The translations under genes were made by a program, and so were the position numbers. This document shows positions 45,358 to 54,023 of a stretch of DNA of 64,000 nt, piece by piece (within the stretch, counting starts at the first letter, position 1; the number at the start of each line of letters is the position of its first letter). The DNA lies in NCBI GenBank assembly GCA_040398525.1, contig JBBATY010000009.1, positions 22,416-86,415 on the forward strand, in the 5' to 3' direction. The DNA is from Ilumatobacteraceae bacterium. Lineage in GTDB: Bacteria > Actinomycetota > Acidimicrobiia > Acidimicrobiales > Ilumatobacteraceae. The notes below the pieces were generated by a model. That model was not told the origin of the DNA. It searched no databases and saw only the letters and a list, made by a program, of their open reading frames with translations.

Positions 45358-45428
45358 TCCTTGTACGGTTGTGTTGTCAATGACGGCTGCGCAGCCGACA
45401 CAGTGCCCGAGCCGCGGGAGGTCATGGG

Positions 45429-46595
45429 GTGAGCACGATCGTCGACATCAGGGCCACACCCGTGAACGTCCCGATGCGGGCCCCGTACCGGTTCTCCTTC
45501 GGCACCCTGGCCAGTTTCACCACGACCATCATCGAGGTCACCGACAGCGACGGCGTGACCGGCATCGGGGAGTCCCCGCACGGCGATCTCACGGGGCTGG
45601 TCGAGGCGATGATGCATCGCCTCGTCGGCCGGAACGTCGACGACCTCAACGGGTGCGAGGCAGCATGTGTCGCTTCGACTGGGTTCAGCCTCTGGGACGA
45701 CGCAGCACGCGAGCGTCGCGCCTTCGGCGGTATCGAGCTCGCACTCTGGGACCTGCGTGCCCGACGCGCCGGCGTCCCCCTGGTCGATCTGCTCGGTGGT
45801 CGGGTGCGCGACCAGGTCGCCTTCACCGAGTACTTCGCGCTGCGCGTGGGTGCCGAGGAGACGCCGGCCGACGTCGTCCGCTATTGCGAACGGATGGCAG
45901 CCGACCACGAGGCGCCGTGGTTCGAGGGCAAGCTCGGGGTGCTCGGTGTCGACGACGAGATGGCCCTCGTGGCGGACCTGGTGCGCGCCCTTGGCCCGGG
46001 CAAGGTGCTTCGGCTCGACGCCAACGGCGCCTACACGGTTCCGACGGCCCGGCAGGTGGTCCGGCGACTCGCCGACCTCGGTGTCGGCTGGCTCGAGGAC
46101 CCGTGCCGCACCCTCGACGAGGTGGCGCGCTTGCGAGCCGACGGAGCGCCCATCTCGTTCTCGACCCATCAAGCCGACCTGCCGCGCGCCGCGCGGACAG
46201 GCGTGCCCGACGGCTTCTGCCTCGACATCACCGAGTTGGGCGGTGTGCGCCGCACCCAGGACTTCCTCCGGGCCTGCGCCGCGCTCGGCATCGACTTCTG
46301 GTGCTACAGCGGCGATGCCGGCGTGATGACGGCTGCATACCTGCACCTCACGGCAGCCGAGCCTTCGATGATCCGTCCCCACCAGAGCCTGTTCCGATAC
46401 ACCGGCGATGTGGTGATCGAGCAGGGCCACTTCTCACCTCGCGCCGGCACCCTGCCGGTGCCGACCGGCCCGGGGCTCGGTGTCGAGCTCGATCGGGTTG
46501 CACTCGCTCGGATGCACGAGCGCTACCGCAACGAGGGCCAGATGGCGACAGCGGCACCGGACAGCGGGTACCGCCAGCAGTTCCGCCAGCAGTAG
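45429..46595 (+). CDS. Enolase-superfamily enzyme (mandelate racemase / muconate lactonising enzyme family)
   Basis: GTG at 45429 after GGGAGG. It has an N-terminal capping domain and barrel blocks (LRLDANGAY, GWLEDP, CLDITELGGV). The specific reaction cannot be assigned by eye. Confidence 0.75.
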   Translation: MSTIVDIRATPVNVPMRAPYRFSFGTLASFTTTIIEVTDSDGVTGIGESPHGDLTGLVEAMMHRLVGRNVDDLNGCEAACVASTGFSLWDDAARERRAFGGIELALWDLRARRAGVPLVDLLGGRVRDQVAFTEYFALRVGAEETPADVVRYCERMAADHEAPWFEGKLGVLGVDDEMALVADLVRALGPGKVLRLDANGAYTVPTARQVVRRLADLGVGWLEDPCRTLDEVARLRADGAPISFSTHQADLPRAARTGVPDGFCLDITELGGVRRTQDFLRACAALGIDFWCYSGDAGVMTAAYLHLTAAEPSMIRPHQSLFRYTGDVVIEQGHFSPRAGTLPVPTGPGLGVELDRVALARMHERYRNEGQMATAAPDSGYRQQFRQQ

Positions 46596-46650
46596 GGCGC
46601 CGACGGTGGGGCCAGCGCTGCACCGCTCACCAGGAAGGTAGGGTTCGCCC

Positions 46651-47277
46651 GTGGCCAGGACTCCCGACCTCGTACGGCGTCAGGAACTGCTCGACCGCAT
46701 CGTCGATTACCTCGCCGCGCACGGACTGGCTCATGTGACGCTGCGACCGCTGGCCACGGCCCTGGGAGTGAGCATCAACCGGCTCGTGCACCACTTCGGC
46801 TCCAAAGAAGAGCTGATCGCGACCGCGCTCGGTCGGGTCGTCGAGCTCCAGGCCGAGGTGCAGGACGAGTGGATGCGCCGGGACGCCGACATCACCCTGG
46901 CCGAGCTGCACCGGAAGTGGTGGCGGTGGATGAACTCGTCCCCGGAGAACCTCGCCCTCGTCCGCCTCGGCTACGAGGCTGCTGCGCTCGACACCACCGT
47001 CAGCGGCCTTCCGGGCGAGGTCCGCGCCGACCAGCTCGCTGTCTGGCGTCGCGGGTTCGAGAAGATGCTCGTCAACGAAGGCCTCGAGCCTGAGCTGGCC
47101 CGAGTCGAGGCGTCGATCCAGAAGGTCCTCTTCACCGGGATCGTGATCGAGCTGCTCGCGACCGGCGATAAGAAACGGCTGACCCAGACCCTCGAGACCT
47201 CCCTCGACCGGCTGACGAGGCGACTCGACACGGTCACCTCGGCCACCGATCAGCGTGCGGCCTTCTCCTCTTCGTAG
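46651..47277 (+). CDS. TetR family transcriptional regulator
   Basis: 208 aa from GTG 46651, with an N-terminal HTH (HVTLRPLATALGVSINRLVHHFGSKEEL). TAGGGT lies 6 nt upstream of the start, so the transcript may be leaderless. Confidence 0.85.
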   Translation: MARTPDLVRRQELLDRIVDYLAAHGLAHVTLRPLATALGVSINRLVHHFGSKEELIATALGRVVELQAEVQDEWMRRDADITLAELHRKWWRWMNSSPENLALVRLGYEAAALDTTVSGLPGEVRADQLAVWRRGFEKMLVNEGLEPELARVEASIQKVLFTGIVIELLATGDKKRLTQTLETSLDRLTRRLDTVTSATDQRAAFSSS

Positions 47278-48431
47278 GCGGCGATCGCCGTGAGCTGTGC
47301 GCCGAGCGTCGCGTCCACCCAACGGGAGCCCGCGCCGACCACGCGGTCGTAGCTCGCCTGCGGGGCTCCCAGCTGGCCCGTGAAGTGGGGCATCACCTGC
47401 TCGGCGAACAGCTCGTAGTGACGGAGTGTCGCCGGGAAGTCGGCGAGGTCGGCACCCAGGAACAAGAAGGCGCCGAACCCTCCGGTCTTGTCGACGAGCC
47501 GCTCGATCTGCTCGATCGCCATCTCCGGTGTCCCGATCACCATCCGTCCGCTCTCGTTGACGTAGTCGATGAACTCGTCGTAGTCACTCGGTGGTGGGGG
47601 AGCGCTCGGATCGCCCGTCGGGATGATGTGGCTGAGGTAGTCGAGCACCCACATCAAGCCGTAGCGGCAGTTCTCCTTGGCCTGCTCGAAGGTCTCGGCG
47701 ATGTGCATCGGGCCCATCAGCCGCCACTGCTCGCGCGACGCGGCGTGACCATGACGTGCCGCCTCGTCCTGCCAGACGTTGAAGTTGTAGTCGAGCACCT
47801 GGAACCCGGCTGGTTCGGTGGCCGCGATCGACAGCAGCCCGGTGCCGTAGCGACCCGCCAGCTTCGATCCCGACGGGCTGATCGACGAGGCCACGACGAC
47901 GTCGAAGTCGCTGTAGGGGCGGACCTGCAGAACAGCCTCGTTGCAGGTGAACCAGTCGGTCTGCGCCGACACCGTCTCGCCGGCGAACAGCCGCATGATG
48001 ACGTCGAACGACTCCTCCATCCGCGGGCGCTGCTGCATCGGGTCGATGCCCAGCATCGAGGCGTCACTCGTGAGCTGGCCGGGGCCGGCCCCGAACATCG
48101 TTCTCCCCCTCGTGAGGTGATCCAGCATCACGATGCGATCAGCGAGGATGAACGGATGGTGGTAGGGGAGCGAGTTCACGCCGGTGCCGAGCTTGATGTG
48201 ACGCGTCCGCTCGGCGGCAGCCGCAATGAAAACCTCGGGGCTCGCGATCAGCTCGCTCCCGGCCGAGTGGTGCTCGCCGATCCAGGCCTCGGCGTAGCCG
48301 AGGCGATCGAGGTGCTCGACGAGCTGCAGGTCGCGATGGAGGGCGAGTGTCGGGTTGACGCCGGTACGGTGCATCGGAGGCAGGAAGACACCGAACCGCA
48401 GCGGCGCAGGGTGAGGTCGGAACGTCGGCAT
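47250..48431 (-). CDS. LLM-class flavin-dependent monooxygenase/oxidoreductase (luciferase-like)
   Basis: 393 aa. It has RFGVFLPPMH...GYAEAWIGEHH...KLGTGVNSLPYHHP. Its 3' end overlaps the TetR 3' end by 28 nt (convergent). Confidence 0.8.
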   Translation of the reverse strand: MPTFRPHPAPLRFGVFLPPMHRTGVNPTLALHRDLQLVEHLDRLGYAEAWIGEHHSAGSELIASPEVFIAAAAERTRHIKLGTGVNSLPYHHPFILADRIVMLDHLTRGRTMFGAGPGQLTSDASMLGIDPMQQRPRMEESFDVIMRLFAGETVSAQTDWFTCNEAVLQVRPYSDFDVVVASSISPSGSKLAGRYGTGLLSIAATEPAGFQVLDYNFNVWQDEAARHGHAASREQWRLMGPMHIAETFEQAKENCRYGLMWVLDYLSHIIPTGDPSAPPPPSDYDEFIDYVNESGRMVIGTPEMAIEQIERLVDKTGGFGAFLFLGADLADFPATLRHYELFAEQVMPHFTGQLGAPQASYDRVVGAGSRWVDATLGAQLTAIAAYEEEKAAR

Positions 48432-48500
48432 GGGCAGATCCTGTCACAGGCGACGGAGCGGCTGTCGCGGTCCGGCCAGTACCGCATAGATTCCCGGACA

Positions 48501-49610
48501 ATGGACCATCGTCGGTGGAGGCATGTTGTCGGACGAGTGGCGCTCGTCGCCGTCGGCGTGGTGGGCCTGGCGAGCCTGCTCGCTCCGGAGCCGGCGTCCT
48601 CGGCCGGACCGGTCACCGTGGCCATCAAGCCGGTCGAACCGTTCGTCTACTTCAATGGCGATGACCCGCCGACCGGGTACAGCATCGATCTCTGGAACGA
48701 GGTCGCAGCCCAACTGGCGCTCGACACCACCTGGGTCGAGTACGAGACCGTCGGTCAGGTGATCTACGCCCTCTCACTCGACGAGGTCGACGCCGGCATT
48801 GCGGCGATCAGCATGACCAAGGCACGCGAGGAGATCATCGACTTCTCGCACCCCTACTTCGACAGCGGGATGAAGTTGATGGTCCGTTCAGCCGACGAGC
48901 GCTCGCTGTGGAGTACGGCGACGGGAGTGCTCCTGCGGCCGCGGCTACTCGTCCCGCTGCTGGTGTTCACCCTTCTCACCATCGTCTTCGGACATCTCGT
49001 GTGGCTCGCCGAGCGTCGGCACAACCCCGACTTCCCGAGCCGCTACCGGCGCGGTTCGGCCGCCGGGATGTGGTGGGCGTTCTCGATGATCACCGTGGGC
49101 AGCGACGCCAACAAGTCGATCAACCGCAGTGCCGGCCGGATCCTGAGCGGCATCTGGATGGCCGTCAGCCTGTTCACCGTCGCGGTCGTCACCGGTGAGG
49201 TCGCCTCGGCGCTCACGGTCGAGCAGATCCGCGGCGACATCACCTCGGTCTCCGACCTCGATGGCCGCCCCGTGGCGACGGTCGAGGACACCGTTGCGGT
49301 CTCGTCGGTCCAGCAGCGCGGCCTCAACTACGTCGAAACGGCGAACATCGACCAGGCGATCGACCTGCTGGTGGACGGCGAGGTCGACGGTGTGGTGTTC
49401 GATGCGCCGATCCTCGAGTTCCGGGCCAACACCCGACCCGGCCTCGACGTCGACGTGGTGGGTGGCCTGTTCGACCTCGACAAGTACGGGATCGGATTCC
49501 CCGTGGGCTCGACCCTGCGCGAACAGGTCAACCCGGTGTTGCTCGACCTCCAACGCGACGGAACGCTCGAACAGCTCTACCAGAAGTGGTTCACCACCGC
49601 CGACGAGTGA
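48501..49610 (+). CDS. Prokaryotic ionotropic glutamate receptor-like ligand-gated channel (GluR0 architecture: S1 - M1 - pore loop - M2 - S2)
   Basis: ATG at 48501 and a signal-like N-terminus. The SBP family-3 lobe is split by LLVPLLVFTLLTIVFGHLVWLAE (M1), AAGMWWAFSMITVGSDA (pore loop) and RILSGIWMAVSLFTVAVVTGEVASALTVE (inner helix, resembling the iGluR SYTANLAAFLTVE region). A second SBP lobe then runs to the C-terminus. Confidence 0.7.
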   Translation: MDHRRWRHVVGRVALVAVGVVGLASLLAPEPASSAGPVTVAIKPVEPFVYFNGDDPPTGYSIDLWNEVAAQLALDTTWVEYETVGQVIYALSLDEVDAGIAAISMTKAREEIIDFSHPYFDSGMKLMVRSADERSLWSTATGVLLRPRLLVPLLVFTLLTIVFGHLVWLAERRHNPDFPSRYRRGSAAGMWWAFSMITVGSDANKSINRSAGRILSGIWMAVSLFTVAVVTGEVASALTVEQIRGDITSVSDLDGRPVATVEDTVAVSSVQQRGLNYVETANIDQAIDLLVDGEVDGVVFDAPILEFRANTRPGLDVDVVGGLFDLDKYGIGFPVGSTLREQVNPVLLDLQRDGTLEQLYQKWFTTADE

Positions 49611-49624
49611 GGCAGCAGAGTGGG

Positions 49625-50872
49625 TCAGTCGACCGTGCCGTACGCGCCCGACTCTCCCCGGGTGCGGGCCGCGAGCACCGTGTCGATCGCTGTTCGGAGG
49701 CTGCCGACGAACTCGTCGATCAGGCCGTCGTGGACCGCATTGACCGTGCAGTGCAGTGACGCAGGCGGTGCCTGCTTGTCGACGTACCAGCCCAGTCGCC
49801 ACAGCTCGTCCGCAATGGCGAACACGTCGAGGTGGTCCGGGTCCGCAGCCCCGAACGCCACCAGCGTCGAGTCGGGCGCCGCCCTCACCACCAACTCCGG
49901 CGTCGATGCGATCGCCGCTGCCAGTTGCTCGGCGCCACGGCGGGCCGTCGCCGCCAGGCGGAGATAGCCCTCGTCGCCGAGATGCTGCAGCACCGCCCAG
50001 GCAGCGGCGATCGAGCCGCCACCCTTGGTGCCGAGCACCCCGGACGAGCCGTAGAGACCGCCGAGCCAGTTGTCGGTCACGAAGGTCTGGTAGGCGCGCA
50101 ACGTGCGGTTGCGATACATGATGACCGACGCACCCTTGGCGGTGTAGCCGTACTTGTGCAGATCGACCGAGACGCTCGTCACCCCGTGCACGGACAGGTC
50201 CCACGCAGGGATCGGGAAGCCGAGACGGCGCAGGTAGGGGAGGGTGACCCCTCCCATGCAGGCATCGACGTGGCAGTTGATGTCGCGTGCGGCGGCGAGG
50301 GCGGCAATCTCTTCGATCGGATCGACGACGCCCTGCGGATACTGCGGAGCGGAGCCCACCATCAGCACGGTGTCGTCGTCGACGGCGCCAGCCATCGCCT
50401 CGGGGTCGGCCCGCCAGTCGGCGCGGACAGGCACCCGCCGGCTCTCCAGGCCGAAGTAGTGGCAGGCCTTCTCGAACGCAGCATGGGCACTCGTCGGCAG
50501 CACGATGTTCGGGCTCGTCACACCTCGTTCGGCGCGGCCGCGTTCCCGAGCCGCCTTCACCGCCATGAGGATGCTCTCCGTCCCTCCGGAGGTCATGAAC
50601 CCTGCTGCGTCCGGACCGGCGCCCACCCAGTCGGCGACGATGCTCACGACCTCGGCCTGCATCCGTCGCAGGCTCGGGAACGCATCGGTGTTCAGCGCGT
50701 TGTCGCCACTGAACCGTCGGTAGGCCTCGTCGGCCACTTCGTGCACCTCGGGCCCTGCGCTGTAGGCGAGCGAGAAGGCACGGCCGTCACGCCACCGCAC
50801 ATCACTCGACTGCATCGCCTCGAGCTCGGCGAGCACCTCGGCGACTGGTCGGCTGGACTCGGGAAGCGGCAT
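49625..50872 (-). CDS. PLP-dependent group II decarboxylase / sphingosine-1-phosphate-lyase-like enzyme
   Basis: ATG at 50872 inside ORF 49625..52333. It has SGGTESILMAVKAARE and the PLP-lysine block VSVDLHKYGYTAKG. There is no N-terminal TM segment. Confidence 0.75.
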   Translation of the reverse strand: MPLPESSRPVAEVLAELEAMQSSDVRWRDGRAFSLAYSAGPEVHEVADEAYRRFSGDNALNTDAFPSLRRMQAEVVSIVADWVGAGPDAAGFMTSGGTESILMAVKAARERGRAERGVTSPNIVLPTSAHAAFEKACHYFGLESRRVPVRADWRADPEAMAGAVDDDTVLMVGSAPQYPQGVVDPIEEIAALAAARDINCHVDACMGGVTLPYLRRLGFPIPAWDLSVHGVTSVSVDLHKYGYTAKGASVIMYRNRTLRAYQTFVTDNWLGGLYGSSGVLGTKGGGSIAAAWAVLQHLGDEGYLRLAATARRGAEQLAAAIASTPELVVRAAPDSTLVAFGAADPDHLDVFAIADELWRLGWYVDKQAPPASLHCTVNAVHDGLIDEFVGSLRTAIDTVLAARTRGESGAYGTVD

Positions 50873-50923
50873 GGTTGCGAACCTAGTCCTGCTGCTGCGG
50901 GCGCGCCGCCTACGCTCGCCGCG

Positions 50924-52141
50924 ATGCAGCGTCCCGGACCCGAGCCCACGTCCTTCGATGCCGACCGGTGGGCGACCGAGTTCATGCTCGATCCGACCGT
51001 CACCTTCTTGAACCACGGCTCGTTCGGTGCATGCCCACGAGATGTGTTTGCCGTGGCTCAGGACCTCCAGGCCCAGATGGAGCGACAACCGGTCGAGTGG
51101 CTGGCCCGACGCAGCACCGGGCTGCTCGCCGAAGCCCGAGCCGCTCTCGCGACCTATCTGGGGGCGGAGACCGACGACGTGGTCTACGTGCCCAATCCGA
51201 CGACGGCCGTGAACATCGTCGCCCGCAGCCTGCGGCTCGAGCCCGGCGACGAGGTACTGAGCAACAATCACGAGTACGGGGCCATGAACTACACGTGGCG
51301 GTTCCTGTGCGGGCGAGCCGGCGCCAGCTACATCCAAGTGCCGATCCCCGTGCCGGTCACCACCCACGACGACCTCGTCGAGCGCATCTGGAGCGCGGTC
51401 ACGCCGCGCACCCGGGTGCTGTTCCTCAGCCACCTCACCAGCGACACTGCGCTCGTGTTCCCGGTACACGAGCTGTGCAGCCGGGCCCGCGAGGCAGGCA
51501 TCCTCACCATCGTCGACGGAGCGCACGTCCCGGCCCACCTGCCGCTCGATCTGGCCACGCTCGGCGCCGACGTGTACACCGGCGCCTGCCACAAATGGCT
51601 GTGCGCGCCCAAGGGATCGGCCTTCCTGTGGACTCGCCGCGAGGTGCAGCCACTCATCGAGCCCCTCGTGGTCAGCTGGGGATGGGAGCCGGTCGAGCCT
51701 GGGAGGTCGCGCTACATCGACCTGCTCGAGTGGCAGGGAACCCGCGACCTCGGCGCCTACCTGGCGACTCCGGCGGCGATCACCTTTCAGCGCACTCACG
51801 ATTGGGAGCGCGTTCGCGACCGCTGCCAGCTGCTGGCGGACCAGGCGCAGCAGCGCTTCCACGCCCTGCTCGGCGAGCAGGCCCTCAGCCCGCTCCACAC
51901 CGGGGACGAACGCTCGCCCCGCTGGTTCGGACAGATGGTGGCGATTCGTCTCCCGGCAGCGGTCGACGTCGCCGATCTGAAGCGCCGCCTCTATGGCGAC
52001 TGGCGCATCGAGGTGCCGGTGTACCGCTGGAACGACATCCCGATCCTGCGGATCTCGATCCAGGCGTACACCCGCGAGACCGACCTCGACCGGCTCGAGG
52101 AGGCCCTGACAGCACTCGTCCTGCCTGCGCCGTCTCGCTAA
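50924..52141 (+). CDS. Class V aminotransferase-fold PLP enzyme (isopenicillin-N-epimerase / cysteine desulfurase-like)
   Basis: ATG at 50924 inside ORF 49832..52141. It has TFLNHGSFGACP, SHLTSDTALVFPV and the lysine block GACHKWLCAPKGSAFL. Confidence 0.75.
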   Translation: MQRPGPEPTSFDADRWATEFMLDPTVTFLNHGSFGACPRDVFAVAQDLQAQMERQPVEWLARRSTGLLAEARAALATYLGAETDDVVYVPNPTTAVNIVARSLRLEPGDEVLSNNHEYGAMNYTWRFLCGRAGASYIQVPIPVPVTTHDDLVERIWSAVTPRTRVLFLSHLTSDTALVFPVHELCSRAREAGILTIVDGAHVPAHLPLDLATLGADVYTGACHKWLCAPKGSAFLWTRREVQPLIEPLVVSWGWEPVEPGRSRYIDLLEWQGTRDLGAYLATPAAITFQRTHDWERVRDRCQLLADQAQQRFHALLGEQALSPLHTGDERSPRWFGQMVAIRLPAAVDVADLKRRLYGDWRIEVPVYRWNDIPILRISIQAYTRETDLDRLEEALTALVLPAPSR

Positions 52142-52151
52142 GGTCGCGGCC

Positions 52152-53024
52152 GTGGGCATGCCGCGCGACATCGGGGTGATCGATCTGATGCTCGCCATCC
52201 CCGAGCCCGGTCGACGGAGCGAGTGGTACTCGTTCCTGCGCCCGAACCTGCGCGACGACGAGAGCCGTTCGATGGAGATGCCCGCCCAGCACCTGTTCCG
52301 CGACATCCCCGACGATCCCACCGATGCCGACATGATCGCCTGGACGCTGGGCGAGATGGACCGTCATGGCATCGACCGGGCCCTCATCGGGGTGAGCCTC
52401 GACGGTGGCATCCAGAACGAGGCGTTGGAGCGCCACCCCGAGCGCTTCGTGGGATGTCTGCATGTCGACCCGAACGACGGGATGGCCGCCGTGCGGGCGA
52501 TCCGTGAGGCCCACCGACGGTTCGACCTGCGTGGCGTGTCGTTGTTCCCGTCCGGCTGCACCCCGCCGGTGCCGATCGACGATCGCAGGATGTACCCCGT
52601 GTACACGACGTGCGCCGAGCTCGGGGTACCGGTGCTCTGCTGCGTCGGCGTTCCCGGGCCGCGGGTGCCGATGGCGCCCCAGCACGTCGAGCGGATCGAC
52701 GAGGTGTGCTGGTGGTTCCCCGAGCTCACCTTCGTGATGCGCCACGGCGCAGAGCCATGGGTCGATCTGGCGGTGAAGCTGCTCCAGAAGTGGCCGAACC
52801 TGTACTACTCGACGTCGGCGTTCACTCCTCGTCGGTACCCGCAGGAGATCATCGACTACGCGAACGGACGTGGGGCCGACAAGGTGATGTACGCCGGCTA
52901 CTTCCCGATGGGGCTCAGCCTCGAGCGGATCTTCCGCGAGCTCCCGGATGTCCCGCTGCGCGAAGAAGTCTGGCCGAAGTTCCTTCGCGACAACGCTGTG
53001 CGCGTGTTCGGGCTCGATCGATGA
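52152..53024 (+). CDS. Amidohydrolase-2 (ACMSD-like metal-dependent hydrolase/decarboxylase) family protein
   Basis: 290 aa from GTG 52152 (ATG 52158 is an alternative). It has VIDLMLAIP near the N-terminus and a TIM-barrel hydrolase pattern (HGIDRALI, MRHGAEPW, KVMYAGYFP). Confidence 0.65.
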   Translation: MGMPRDIGVIDLMLAIPEPGRRSEWYSFLRPNLRDDESRSMEMPAQHLFRDIPDDPTDADMIAWTLGEMDRHGIDRALIGVSLDGGIQNEALERHPERFVGCLHVDPNDGMAAVRAIREAHRRFDLRGVSLFPSGCTPPVPIDDRRMYPVYTTCAELGVPVLCCVGVPGPRVPMAPQHVERIDEVCWWFPELTFVMRHGAEPWVDLAVKLLQKWPNLYYSTSAFTPRRYPQEIIDYANGRGADKVMYAGYFPMGLSLERIFRELPDVPLREEVWPKFLRDNAVRVFGLDR

Positions 53025-53998
53025 CCGCGACAGCCGTGCCCGACACATCGGGAGCGCGGTGGCCATGGCCGGTCCCGTTCGGTTGGTTCGCTGTCGCGTG
53101 GGCGGACGAGTTGCTCCAAGGGCAGATCGTCCCCCGGAGGCTGTTCGGCGCCGACACGGTGCTATGGCGCGACGACACAGGCACGGCCCACCTGCACGAC
53201 GCGTACTGCCCGCACCTCGGGGCGCACCTCGGCCACGGGGGATGCGTCCGCGGGGTCAACATCGTCTGCCCGTTCCACGGATGGGAGTTCGACCCACAGG
53301 GCCGCAACGCAACGATCCCGTACAGCGGGCGGACGAATGGCCTCGCGCGGCTCCGTCACTACCCGGTCGTCGAACGCAACGGCCTGGTGCTGGCCTGGCA
53401 CCACCCCCACGCCGCCGACCCGCTCTGGGAGGTGCCCGAGGTTCCCGAGTTCGGCGACCACGGGATCGCCGAGGAGTTCAGCGACTCGCACCGCCGTGTG
53501 TTCGACATCGCCGCTCCGTGGCAGGAGATGGCCGAGAACGGTGTCGACACCGCCCACTTCAGGTACGTCCACGGCACAGCCGAGGTGCCTGTCCTCGACA
53601 GCTACGAGACCGAGGGCCATCGCAGTCGGATGCGGTCACGTCAGTTCTTCGTCACACCCCGCGGCACGACCGAGGGTCGAATCGACAGCGACGGATACGG
53701 CCCCGGCTTCTCGGTGGTCCGCTTCTCCGGCATCGTCGAGACCCTCCTGCTGGGGTGTGCCACACCCGTCGAGCGCGACCGCTGCGAGATGCGCTTCACG
53801 TTCCGGGTGCGACGTTTCGCCGACGACCGCGTCACGTCGACCGTCGGTGCGGCCTTCGTCGACGAGGTCTCGCGGCAGTTGCTCGAGGACAAGCCGATCT
53901 GGGAGCACAAGCGCTACCTCGACCGACCCGCACTTGCCGACACCGACGGCCCCTTCATCGCCTTCCGGCGGTGGGCGGCGCAGTTCTATGCCGACTAG
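53021..53998 (+). CDS. Rieske [2Fe-2S] oxygenase, KshA-like family
   Basis: ATG at 53021 overlaps the upstream stop (ATGA). The Rieske motif is CPHLGAHL...CPFHGW and the iron motif is ENGVDTAHFRYVH. Confidence 0.8.
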   Translation: MTATAVPDTSGARWPWPVPFGWFAVAWADELLQGQIVPRRLFGADTVLWRDDTGTAHLHDAYCPHLGAHLGHGGCVRGVNIVCPFHGWEFDPQGRNATIPYSGRTNGLARLRHYPVVERNGLVLAWHHPHAADPLWEVPEVPEFGDHGIAEEFSDSHRRVFDIAAPWQEMAENGVDTAHFRYVHGTAEVPVLDSYETEGHRSRMRSRQFFVTPRGTTEGRIDSDGYGPGFSVVRFSGIVETLLLGCATPVERDRCEMRFTFRVRRFADDRVTSTVGAAFVDEVSRQLLEDKPIWEHKRYLDRPALADTDGPFIAFRRWAAQFYAD

Positions 53999-54023
53999 CT
54001 CGACCCTCTAGGAGCACCGACCC

